48,867 bases of DNA from Eubacteriales Family XIII. Incertae Sedis bacterium. Its GTDB lineage: Bacteria > Bacillota > Clostridia > Peptostreptococcales > Anaerovoracaceae. The stretch covers positions 1 through 48,867 of the forward strand of contig JAITOE010000013.1 of NCBI GenBank assembly GCA_031290135.1, in the 5' to 3' direction. Shown here piece by piece: positions 1 to 8,387 of this stretch (positions within the stretch are counted from its first letter, which is position 1; every line of letters starts with the position of its first letter). The notes under the pieces were generated by a model. It was not told the DNA's origin. It saw only the letters and a program-made list of their open reading frames with translations, and ran no database searches. The position numbers were made by a program, and so were the translations under genes.

Positions 1-1
1 C

Positions 2-2836
2 GTGGATTACAACCAGGGGAGCTACGTGGAATGGGGCGAATACCCGAACGCGCACCGCAGGTATCTCTCCACCATGTGCAACCATTGCGAAAACCCGCCC
101 TGCATGACTAGCTGCAAGCTCGGCGCCACCTACAAATCGCCCGAAGGGCCCGTCCTCACGCATCCGGAAAAATGCGTCGGCTGCGGCGCCTGCGTCCGGG
201 CGTGCCCCTACGGCCAGCGCTTCCTGAACAAGAAAGAGGACAGCTACTTTGACGGCGCGCCGATTCCGGGCGAAGAGGCGAGCGCCGTCCGCGTCGGGAA
301 AGCCGAAAAATGCACGCTGTGCCAGGACCGGCTCGCGCAGGGGCTGGAACCGATCTGCGTGGAACTGTGTCCGGGCAACTGCCGCATCTTCGGCGACCTG
401 CTGGATCCCGAAAGCGAAATCAACTATTACATCAAGCTCATGGGCGCCGTGAAAATAGCAGGCACGTCCCTGTACTACGTGCTGCCGGAGGGGATGGATC
501 CGGCGCTCCTGCCCCAGGGATACGAAGCCGGGACCGGCGCGCTGAAGCCGACGTCGGCGGCGAACGCGGCCGGGCCGCGCAAAACGCCGGAAGACCCGGA
601 CTACCGGGCCCTGATGGACGGCCTCATCAAAGCGCGGGACTTCGTGCGCAGGAATACGGACGCGAAACCGGACGTCGGGGGCGAATACAAATACAGCTAC
701 TGCGCCATGTGCAACCACATGGCGCGCTGCGGCGTCAAAGCCGTCGTGAAAGACGGGAAGGTGCTGCGTCTGGAGCGGCGCGAGGAATATGGCAACGAGC
801 TTCTCTGCGCCATGGGCAACGCTTCCGTGCAGGATCTCTACGCGCCGGACCGCGTTCTTTACCCGCTCAGGCGGACGAACCCGAAAGGCGAACGCAGCCA
901 GTGGAAGCGCATCACCTGGGAAGAGGCCTTAGCCGAGATCGCGGAGAAGATCGGCGGCGTCAAGGAAAAATACGGGGCGGAAAAAGTCCTGTTCATGACG
1001 GGAGACCCGAAAGAGCCGCGCTCGGTGCTGCAGCGTCTGGCCTACAGCTTCGGTTCGCCGAACTTCGGGACGGAAAGCTCCACCTGCTACACGGCGGCGG
1101 AGGTCGCGATCCGGCTCATCTACGGCGTCGGCAGCCGGCATGTCATCCCCATCGCCGGCGGCGCGATGCCGGACGTAAACGACACGAAGCTCTGCCTCGT
1201 CTGGGCGAACAACTTCGGAACTTCGCAGGGCTTTCTCTATGACAAGGTAAAGACGGCGCGGGAGTTCGGCAACGCGAAGTACATCGTCATCGACTCGCGG
1301 GTGACGGCGGTGACGGAAAATTTCGCGGACGTGCACCTGCAGATCCGGCCCGGCGCGGACGGCGCGCTGGCGCTGTTTTTCGGAAACTGGCTGATCAGCC
1401 ACGGTGCGTATGACAAGGATTTCGTCGAAAAATGGACCCATGGCTTCGAAGAATACAAGGCGCTCTGCGAGCAGTACGGGCTGGAAAAAACCGCGGATAT
1501 CTGCGGCATCCCGGCGGAACTCCTGAAAGAGGCGGCGGATATGATCGTGGCGGCGGGCGCCCCCATCGCCATCAAAAGCTCGGCGTCCTATCCGCAACAT
1601 ACGAACGGCGTGGACAATTACCGCGCGATCCAGCTCTTGGTGCCGCTGACGGGCAGCTTAGACGTGGAAGGCGGACACCTCCTCGCGAACGAACCCCTGC
1701 AGCTGGACATGTGGGGCGGCACCTTCCCGTTCGCGCGGGCGCATGAACTCCTGCCGCAGCTCAAAGACAAACGCGTGGACACGAAATATTTCCCGGTCTG
1801 GGCGGCTACGGACGTGGACGGCTGCGTCCAGATGAACAAGCTGCCGGAATACGTGCGCGACGGGGAACTGCGCGCCTGCATCGCGCTGGGCCTCAACTGC
1901 ATCATGTGGCCGCAGTCCCATGAATACCAGCAAGCCTTCCGCGACATGGAATTCGTCGTCTGCGCCGACTTCCGCGACAACCCGTGGACGCACGACTACG
2001 CGGACATGCTGCTGCCGGCGGCGATGTCCTATGAACGCGCGGCGCCGCTCTCCGTCGTCGGGCGCAGGCTGTTTCTGCGCGAGCCCATCGTGGAGCCGGC
2101 GGGCGAGGCCCGAAGCGACTACCGCATCGTCTGCGACATCGCCACCGCGCTCGGATACGGGGATCTGTTCTGGAACGGCGGCGAACAGGCGGAGGAACAC
2201 TGCCTGCGCGAGATCCTGCGCACCGTCGGCGGCGCCAAGGAAGTCACGCTGGAGGAGCTGCGGGCGGCGGTGCCGGACGGGGTCGCCATCCCGCTCCGGG
2301 GCAGGATGCAATACAAAAAGTACGAACTCGGCCTGCTGCGGCCGGACGGCAAGCCCGGTTTCATGACGCCCAGCGGCAAGGTGGAATTCGCCTCCGAAAT
2401 TCTCCGCGCGCACGGGTTCGAACCCCTGCCGGTCTACCGGGAGCCGACCTACAGCCCGCGTTCCACGCCGGAGATCGCGAAAGAATACCCGCTGGAACTC
2501 ATTACGGGGGCGCGCGTCCCGTTCTATTCCAACGCGAAGGAGCGGGAGCTCCCCTGGCTCAGGCGCTTCATGCCGGAACCCGTGGTGAAGCTCGGCAGGG
2601 CGGACGCGGACGCGCGCGGGCTGGAGGACGGCGACGCCATACGCGTCACGTCGCCCGTGAACCCGGAGGGCATCGTCGCGAAGCTTCAGATCACGAACAC
2701 GCTCCGGCCGGGGCTGACGGACATGCTGCACGGCTGGGCGGAGGCAAACGTCAACGAGCTGGTCCCGCGCGATTTCGACCCCATCAGCGGGTTTCCGCCG
2801 TATAAAGAGGGGCTCGTGCAGATAGAAAGAGCGTGA
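2..2836 (+). CDS. Fused 4Fe-4S ferredoxin-type (DmsB/PsrB/NrfC-like) domain + molybdopterin (bis-MGD) oxidoreductase catalytic subunit; 5' end runs off the window
   Basis: The N-terminal part has Cys clusters CNHCENPPC, CVGCGACVRACP and CTLCQDR...CVELCP. A linker follows, then the MopB-type FeS motif YCAMCNHMARCG...C and the long MopB/molydop-binding body, including FGSPNFGTESSTCYTAAE. The long ORF is open at position 2. Confidence 0.85.
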   Translation: MDYNQGSYVEWGEYPNAHRRYLSTMCNHCENPPCMTSCKLGATYKSPEGPVLTHPEKCVGCGACVRACPYGQRFLNKKEDSYFDGAPIPGEEASAVRVGKAEKCTLCQDRLAQGLEPICVELCPGNCRIFGDLLDPESEINYYIKLMGAVKIAGTSLYYVLPEGMDPALLPQGYEAGTGALKPTSAANAAGPRKTPEDPDYRALMDGLIKARDFVRRNTDAKPDVGGEYKYSYCAMCNHMARCGVKAVVKDGKVLRLERREEYGNELLCAMGNASVQDLYAPDRVLYPLRRTNPKGERSQWKRITWEEALAEIAEKIGGVKEKYGAEKVLFMTGDPKEPRSVLQRLAYSFGSPNFGTESSTCYTAAEVAIRLIYGVGSRHVIPIAGGAMPDVNDTKLCLVWANNFGTSQGFLYDKVKTAREFGNAKYIVIDSRVTAVTENFADVHLQIRPGADGALALFFGNWLISHGAYDKDFVEKWTHGFEEYKALCEQYGLEKTADICGIPAELLKEAADMIVAAGAPIAIKSSASYPQHTNGVDNYRAIQLLVPLTGSLDVEGGHLLANEPLQLDMWGGTFPFARAHELLPQLKDKRVDTKYFPVWAATDVDGCVQMNKLPEYVRDGELRACIALGLNCIMWPQSHEYQQAFRDMEFVVCADFRDNPWTHDYADMLLPAAMSYERAAPLSVVGRRLFLREPIVEPAGEARSDYRIVCDIATALGYGDLFWNGGEQAEEHCLREILRTVGGAKEVTLEELRAAVPDGVAIPLRGRMQYKKYELGLLRPDGKPGFMTPSGKVEFASEILRAHGFEPLPVYREPTYSPRSTPEIAKEYPLELITGARVPFYSNAKERELPWLRRFMPEPVVKLGRADADARGLEDGDAIRVTSPVNPEGIVAKLQITNTLRPGLTDMLHGWAEANVNELVPRDFDPISGFPPYKEGLVQIERA

Positions 2837-2842
2837 GCGCCA

Positions 2843-2984
2843 CGTCATTGCGAGGAGCGAAGCACCCCCGTCATTGCGAGGAGCGAAGCACCCCCGACAT
2901 TGCGAGGAGCGAAGCGACGACGCTACCCAGAGGCGCTGGATTGCTCCGCTGCGCTCGCAACGACAGACGCCCCGCCATTGCGGA
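2843..2984. repeat. Family-1 palindromic repeat cluster: three tandem 26-bp left arms CGTCATTGCGAGGAGCGAAGCACCC, one complementary right arm (..GCGCTCGCAACGAC..) and a partial extra arm
   Basis: Arms start at 2843, 2869 and 2895. The right arm CTGGATTGCTCCGCTGCGCTCGCAACGACAG lies at 2936-2966. The same arm sequences recur at 37743, 39148 and 42356. Confidence 0.85.
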
Positions 2985-3003
2985 CAACATAAAGGAGAAA
3001 AAT

Positions 3004-4752
3004 ATGCCTGCACAGGTAACTACACACAGCACGGACGTGCTGGTCGTCGGCGGGGGGATCGGCGGTCTTGCTGCCGCCATCCGCGCGCGGGAGAACGGCG
3101 CGGCGGTGACCGTCCTGGAGAAAGCAAACACGGAACGCAGCGGCTTGGCGGGTTCCGGCATCGACCACATCCAGAGCTATATCCCGGAGGTGCATGAAAA
3201 AATCGGATACACGGAAGCGGATCTGGCGAACGACCAGTTCGAATTCGGCGGCAATTTAGGCGGCTTCCGCCGCAGGGACCTGACAGATTACTACGCTTAC
3301 CATTCCGCGAAAGACGTGATAGAACTGGAAAAATATGGGTTGCGATTCCGTTTCGAAGACAGCGACCTGCCGGGCGGCTTCCGCGTCGTGCCGCAATTCC
3401 ACAACGTTCCCACGAGCTACCATTTCGAGGGGCGGGACGTGAAGCGCAAACTGACGGAGCAGGCGCTTGCCCGCGGCGCCGTGATCCTGAACCGGCAGCA
3501 CGTCCGGACCTTGCTGAAAGACGGCGGCGCGGTCACGGGCGCCGTCGCTGTCGGCACGCGGGATGAACGCATCACCGTCGTGAACGCCAAAACGACGATC
3601 CTCGCCACCTCCGGCGTGGGCTCGCGGCTCAGCAGCAGCGCGACGGGCAGCGACACCTTCGAAAACTTCGGTGCGCCGACGGCAAGCATCGGAAGCGGGA
3701 AGATCCTCGCGGCGAAAGCGGGCGCGGAAGTCGTGAACCTGGAATTTACGAACCTCGGCGAATTCGCGTACAGTTTCCTGAATTATTCGTTTACCGTCGG
3801 GCTGCCGAGCGGTTCGTGGTGGCCGGCCGGCCGCATCGTGGACGAGGAAGGGAACGTCGTGGTTGACAGGAACCGCTCCCTGCCGTGGACGGAAGCGGAT
3901 TACAAAAAAAAGTACCGCGCATTGGTCGATCACTACCATGAACAGCGAAGCCGCATCGCGCCGCTGCTGATTCAGGGAAAGGCGCTGTATTTCGACCTGC
4001 ACGAAGCGACCGACGCGGAGCTTGCTTACATATGGTGGTCGCTTGGGCATGAAGGGAAGACCGGCGTCATGAAGCGGCACCTGGAGAAGAACGGCGTGAA
4101 TCTCAGGACGGCGCGCTTTCCGCTCCGCGTCGCGGGCAGGGGGACGCCCGTGCTGGCGGGCATCTGGGTGAAAGACACGACGACGGAGACGAACGTCCGG
4201 AACCTGTACGCGTCCGGGAACGAGCCCGCGGGGACGGGCATGCCGCTCCCCGTGGCGGGCGGCGCGCTGGTGTACGGCTACCGTTCCGGCGAACAGGCGG
4301 CGCTGCGGGCGAAAACCCTCGCCCCGCCGGCAGACGTGTCCGCGCCCTATGTGGAAGCGCTGGCCGGCCAGGCGCAGGAGATCCGTTCGCGCAAAGAGGG
4401 CGATCCCTGGCGCCTTGCGGAACGCGGGCTGCAAGTGCTGATCGACAATGCCCTGGGGAAAGCGTACACGGACAAGTCCGTTGCCTTGACGCAGCAGCAG
4501 CTGCGCCGCCAACGGGAAAGCCTGCGGTTCTCCGCCGGGAACCCCCATGAACTGAGCCGCGTATTCGAGGTGCTCGACCTGTATGACCTGGCGGAGCTCG
4601 TGCTGGCGTCCATCCGGGAGCGGAAATCCAGCCTCGCGCCTTTCGTCCGCTTAGACGGGGCGGACAGCCCTTCTGAGAAATACGGGGATTCGGTCGGCGT
4701 GTACTGGGAAGGCGAAGCGCTGAAAGCGAAGCGCCTGTCCAACCTGACCTGA
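3004..4752 (+). CDS. FAD-dependent oxidoreductase of the fumarate reductase/succinate dehydrogenase/AprA flavoprotein superfamily
   Basis: AAGGAG RBS, then ATG at 3004. The dinucleotide-binding motif DVLVVGGGIGGLAAA is at the N-terminus. The upstream part of track ORF 2833 is repeat-derived. Size is about 580 aa. Confidence 0.8.
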   Translation: MPAQVTTHSTDVLVVGGGIGGLAAAIRARENGAAVTVLEKANTERSGLAGSGIDHIQSYIPEVHEKIGYTEADLANDQFEFGGNLGGFRRRDLTDYYAYHSAKDVIELEKYGLRFRFEDSDLPGGFRVVPQFHNVPTSYHFEGRDVKRKLTEQALARGAVILNRQHVRTLLKDGGAVTGAVAVGTRDERITVVNAKTTILATSGVGSRLSSSATGSDTFENFGAPTASIGSGKILAAKAGAEVVNLEFTNLGEFAYSFLNYSFTVGLPSGSWWPAGRIVDEEGNVVVDRNRSLPWTEADYKKKYRALVDHYHEQRSRIAPLLIQGKALYFDLHEATDAELAYIWWSLGHEGKTGVMKRHLEKNGVNLRTARFPLRVAGRGTPVLAGIWVKDTTTETNVRNLYASGNEPAGTGMPLPVAGGALVYGYRSGEQAALRAKTLAPPADVSAPYVEALAGQAQEIRSRKEGDPWRLAERGLQVLIDNALGKAYTDKSVALTQQQLRRQRESLRFSAGNPHELSRVFEVLDLYDLAELVLASIRERKSSLAPFVRLDGADSPSEKYGDSVGVYWEGEALKAKRLSNLT

Positions 4753-4778
4753 CCCCGCGAAATTCGAAAGGAGACGAA

Positions 4779-4991
4779 ATGGCGATCACCATCGATAAAA
4801 ACAAATGCACGGCCTGCGGGAAATGCGTCGATATTTGCCTGGAAGACGTGCTCGGCATCGAAAACGGAGCGGCGGCCGTCCTCTATCCGAGGGAATGCTG
4901 GCGGTGCGGCTCCTGTGTCTACGACTGCGCGTTCGGCGCGATCACGGTGGACCTGGACGCGGACAACAGCATCCGGTTCATAGAATTTTGA
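4779..4991 (+). CDS. Small 2x[4Fe-4S] ferredoxin (AprB N-terminal-like partner of the flavoprotein)
   Basis: CTACGKCVDIC and CWRCGSCVYDC cluster motifs; GGAG RBS; tightly coupled to the flavoprotein gene. Confidence 0.8.
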   Translation: MAITIDKNKCTACGKCVDICLEDVLGIENGAAAVLYPRECWRCGSCVYDCAFGAITVDLDADNSIRFIEF

Positions 4992-4997
4992 CCCGCG

Positions 4998-5894
4998 ATG
5001 GCTAAGCAAACCTCCATCCAAGGGGCGGCACTCGAAACAGATAAACGGATCGTGGCAAAAGACGTCGGTCTCGTTTATAAAATACGAAGCCGCAGGAAAA
5101 AAGAAAACCGGACGCTTACGGCGCTGGAACATGTGGACATCGAAGTGAACAAGGGCGAGTTCTACGCCTTGGTCGGTCCGAGCGGCTGCGGAAAATCCAC
5201 GTTCCTGTACATCCTCGCGGGGCTCATCAAAAAGACCTCCGGCGCCCTTTACATCAACGGGCACGAAATCCACGGGCCGGATCTGGACCGCGGCATCATC
5301 ATGCAGCAATACGCGCTGTTTCCGTGGCGGACGATCCGCAAGAACGTGGAGCTGGGCCTGGAAGTGAAAGGCGTCAAAAAGGAAGAACGGGAGCGGATCG
5401 CGCTGGGTTTCATCGATTTAGTCGGGCTTTCCGAGTTCGCGGACAGATATCCCTACGAACTGTCCGGAGGCATGAAACAGCGCATCGCCATCGCGCGGGC
5501 GCTCGCCTACGATCCCGACGTGCTGCTGATGGACGAACCTTTCGCGGCGGTGGATGAACAGACGCGGGAAACCCTGCACGACGAGCTGCTGCGCATCTGG
5601 GAAAAGACAAACAAGACGATCATTTTTGTCACGCACAGCATTGATGAGGCCGTATTTCTCGCAGACCGCGTCGCCGTGATGACGCCCAGCCCCGGAAGCA
5701 TCAAGGAAGTCGTGGACATCAATCTGGGCAGGCCGCGTGTGAGCGGGCACATCAAGAGCACGCAGGCGTTCTCCATGCTGCGCCACCGGGTATGGGAACT
5801 GCTGCAAAACAGCGGCGAAACGGCGGATGCAGGCGCGGGCGCGGCGGCGGATTTCGACGTTTCAGAGGTCATCTCGGAAAGCGCGGTACTGTAA
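4998..5894 (+). CDS. ABC transporter ATP-binding protein (NitT/TauT, nitrate/sulfonate/taurine type)
   Basis: Walker A GPSGCGKST, signature LSGGMKQR, Walker B LLMDEPF. The start is uncertain because there is no clear SD. Confidence 0.88.
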   Translation: MAKQTSIQGAALETDKRIVAKDVGLVYKIRSRRKKENRTLTALEHVDIEVNKGEFYALVGPSGCGKSTFLYILAGLIKKTSGALYINGHEIHGPDLDRGIIMQQYALFPWRTIRKNVELGLEVKGVKKEERERIALGFIDLVGLSEFADRYPYELSGGMKQRIAIARALAYDPDVLLMDEPFAAVDEQTRETLHDELLRIWEKTNKTIIFVTHSIDEAVFLADRVAVMTPSPGSIKEVVDINLGRPRVSGHIKSTQAFSMLRHRVWELLQNSGETADAGAGAAADFDVSEVISESAVL

Positions 5895-6673
5895 TGGAAA
5901 CAAAAGAACAGAGCCGTTTGTTCACAGCCTACCAGAAATCCGTCGTGATCATCCTGGTGCTCGCCGCATGGAGCGTTTTTCCGCACTTCATGAAGAACAA
6001 CATGTTCCTGCCGCCGTTTCTCGACATCATGCAGACCTTGTGGGAGATGGTGCGGAGCGGCGAAATGGGCAAGCATCTGCTCGCCAGCCTGCGGCGCGCG
6101 GGGATCGGTCTCGCCATTGCGGAGGCGGCCGCAATCCCGGTAGGGATCGGCCTCGGCTGGTTCGCGCGCTTTGAGAATTATCTCGACCCGCTCCTGACGG
6201 CGCTGCGCAACCTGTCCGTGCTGACGATCCTCCCGCTGTTTGTCCTTTTCCTGGGGATCGGCGAGGTGTCAAAGACGGCGATCATCGTCTGGGGCTGTTT
6301 CTTTCCGCAGCTCGTCAATACGATCAGCGGGGTAAAAAACGTCGATCCCGTCCTCATCCAGTCCGCGCGGTCCATGGGCATGTCCAACTTTTCCCTTTTC
6401 CAAAAGGTAATCCTGCCGGGCTCCATGACCTATACCCTCACGGGCTTCCGGCTCAGCGCGTCCATCGCGCTCTTGGTTCTTGTCGGCGCGGAGATGCTCG
6501 GCGCGGATTTCGGGCTCGGCCACATGATATTCCATTATCAGCAGGCGTTCCTTATCAAAAAAATGTATTGCGGCATCCTCGTGATGATCATAGTAGGCGT
6601 CGTAGTCAATACGCTGATTGCCAGGCTGGAAAGCCGCCTGACGATCTGGCAGGATAAAGGAAACGCGCATTAA
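5894..6673 (+). CDS. ABC transporter permease (BPD_transp_1, NitT/TauT type)
   Basis: ATG overlaps the upstream stop (TAATG). Multi-TM protein METKEQSRLF..., typical SsuC/TauC-like length. Confidence 0.88.
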   Translation: METKEQSRLFTAYQKSVVIILVLAAWSVFPHFMKNNMFLPPFLDIMQTLWEMVRSGEMGKHLLASLRRAGIGLAIAEAAAIPVGIGLGWFARFENYLDPLLTALRNLSVLTILPLFVLFLGIGEVSKTAIIVWGCFFPQLVNTISGVKNVDPVLIQSARSMGMSNFSLFQKVILPGSMTYTLTGFRLSASIALLVLVGAEMLGADFGLGHMIFHYQQAFLIKKMYCGILVMIIVGVVVNTLIARLESRLTIWQDKGNAH

Positions 6674-6681
6674 ATAACGTA

Positions 6682-6868
6682 GCTGCGGGACTGGCGTAAC
6701 CCTCCGGGTCTGGGCGACTGACGCCTATGCGGGCGGCGCAGAGCGCCTTGTATACGGCAGCAAAGCTGCCGTATAAGGTTCGCTTAGCTATTTCCCGCCT
6801 ACGGTGGGAAATAGAGCGAGACCATTATGCCCGCAATCCCGCCCTACGGGTTACGTCCGCCCCGCAGC
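6682..6868. repeat. Family-2 palindromic element (terminal inverted repeats GCTGCGGGACTGGCGTAACCC / GGGTTACGTCCGCCCCGCAGC) carrying a 75-bp nested insertion
   Basis: The core CTGACGCCTATGCGGGCGGCGCAGAGCGCCTTGTAT ... GCCCGCAATCCCGCC(C)TACGGGTT is shared with 40507-40616. The extra 6754-6828 forms two hairpins and is flanked by TAT/TAT. Confidence 0.85.
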
Positions 6869-6908
6869 CGCGAAAATACGAAGATTCATAAACAATGGGA
6901 GGAAGAAC

Positions 6909-7979
6909 ATGAAAAAGAACATGAAAACGAACATGAAAAAGAAGAACATCACACGCTGCTTGTCGATAGGGTTAATGGCCGCGCTGCTGGGGCTGACGAC
7001 GGCCTGCGGCGGGACGGGCGGTTCAAGCAGCGACGGCGGGAACGCCGGATCCGGGGAGACGGGAGAAGAAAGCTACGTGCTGAAATGGGCGAGCATCGGC
7101 ACCAACCCGACCTCCGTGGACGCCGTCTCGATAGGCGTTTACAAGGGCTTCTTCGCGGAAGCGGGGATCGAATTTGAAGACGTGGGCGAGGTGGCGATCC
7201 CGCAATTTGTTCCCGCGCTGCTCTCCGGCGGCGTCACCGGCGCCACGCTCATGACGTCGAACGGCATCGCGGCCATCGACAGCGGCGGCGAGATCATCGA
7301 GGTGGCGGTCAATTCCTACACGACGAAGGAACTGCCGCACATGGTTTTCGTAACGGCGGAAAACAGCCCGGTCAAGAACGGAAAGGATCTGGAAGGCAAG
7401 CGCGTCGGCGTCCCTGCCATCGACGGCTGCACGGCGGGCTTCCCCATCGAATACGCGGCGCAGGCCGGCGTCGAGGATCCGAACGCCGCCATTCAGTTTG
7501 TCGTGATGCCGGACACCAGCCTCATTGAATCGCTGCGCAAAGGCGACATTGACGTGGCCGGCCTGCATTTGCCGCCGGCGGTCGTCGAAAAACTCTATCC
7601 GGACACGGAGATCCTGTTCACGGACTATGACATTTTGGACAACAGGGGCGGCGACATTTCCTACTATTTCCCCAAGTCCTACATTGAAGAGAACGAGGAA
7701 GCCGTGCGCCGCTTTATCGGCGCCATCGCGAAGACGAACAACTGGATCAACGAGAACACGGAGGAAGCGGTCCGCATCTACCGGGAGGAGATCAACCCCA
7801 ACGCGAACGCGGACCTGCTGTATGCCGCGCACTTCGCGGAGGACGCGCTGATCGAGGAGAGCCATACGGATCTATGGATCGACATCCTGTCGGCGGGCGG
7901 TTCCATACAGCCGCTGGAAAACGAGTGGACTTTTGAGCAAGTCGCCACCAACGAATACAATCCGAATTACGTGAAATAG
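6909..7979 (+). CDS. ABC substrate-binding lipoprotein (NMT1/SsuA/TauA-like)
   Basis: GGGAGG RBS, then ATG 6909. Signal peptide plus lipobox LTTACGG and a Gly/Ser linker. Adjacent to the matching permease and ATPase. Confidence 0.85.
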   Translation: MKKNMKTNMKKKNITRCLSIGLMAALLGLTTACGGTGGSSSDGGNAGSGETGEESYVLKWASIGTNPTSVDAVSIGVYKGFFAEAGIEFEDVGEVAIPQFVPALLSGGVTGATLMTSNGIAAIDSGGEIIEVAVNSYTTKELPHMVFVTAENSPVKNGKDLEGKRVGVPAIDGCTAGFPIEYAAQAGVEDPNAAIQFVVMPDTSLIESLRKGDIDVAGLHLPPAVVEKLYPDTEILFTDYDILDNRGGDISYYFPKSYIEENEEAVRRFIGAIAKTNNWINENTEEAVRIYREEINPNANADLLYAAHFAEDALIEESHTDLWIDILSAGGSIQPLENEWTFEQVATNEYNPNYVK

Positions 7980-8086
7980 GCAAGGAGGGGAAATTGGCGG
8001 GCATCAACAATCCCGCCAACCCGCGCATCCACAAGGCGACGACGGCGGACGAAATCTGCTGATGACAACACGGAGAATAGCGCAGA

Positions 8087-8118
8087 AAAGCCGCAGTCGA
8101 AAAGATCGCGGCTTTTTG
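8087..8118 (+). terminator. Possible intrinsic terminator after the ABC operon
   Basis: AAAAGCCGC...GCGGCTTTTTG, a short imperfect stem with flanking A and T tracts. Confidence 0.35.
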
Positions 8119-8274
8119 TTGCCTATTCCTCAATTAACTCAAAAAGATGATTGCTTATATAGCTTACCACGTTTTTAAGAAAATACCAAGGGGCTTCAAC
8201 TGCGTTTTTAAGAAAAAATTCCCAAAAAATTCCCGCGATTCCTACAAATTTTGCCGCTGCAATGAAATATATGC

Positions 8275-8303
8275 TTGACCGAATGGGCGTAAAGCACTAA
8301 AAT
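8275..8303 (+). promoter_or_regulatory. Sigma-A-type promoter for the APC permease
   Basis: TTGACC (8275-8280), 17 bp, TAAAAT (8298-8303). The AT-rich upstream region has direct repeats CGTTTTTAAGAAAA (8170, 8203) and AAAAAATTCCC x2 (8213-8234). Confidence 0.5.
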
Positions 8304-8387
8304 AGAAACATAAACCACAGGCTGGAGTATAATAACCGTGAAATGCCCTCCGGCCCGGCCATATTGTCTACAGGAAGGGGGCGTTAC

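Noticed and set aside
2843-2984. Possible CRISPR array, suggested by the tandem 26-bp units here and the repeated arms at 39148-39292.
   Set aside because: The units are contiguous with no unique spacers between them. They are followed by a complementary arm that forms a hairpin. The same sequence occurs as single hairpins elsewhere. No cas genes or leader are present.
2833-3003. N-terminal extensions in the ORF track: 2833-3003 of the flavoprotein, 39222-39317 of the second FtsX gene, 17404-17664 of dctP, and 5792-5893, 6804-6908 and 18666-18770 for the other cases.
   Set aside because: The extensions translate palindromic repeats (..SLRGAK..HCEERS..LLRCARNDR..) or overlap the preceding gene. 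In each case an internal ATG with a good SD begins the conserved part of the protein.
1658-3013. Long antisense or off-frame ORFs throughout the GC-rich parts. Examples are 1658-3013(-), 3256-4548(-), 4347-5309(-), 24688-25716(-), 29178-30098(-), 43191-44435(-) and 45814-47100(-), plus many plus-strand off-frame ORFs.
   Set aside because: They lie opposite or out of frame to ORFs with clear family motifs. Their translations are Arg/Ala/Gly/Pro-rich low-complexity sequence typical of high-GC stop-codon depletion. None has an RBS or a recognisable domain.
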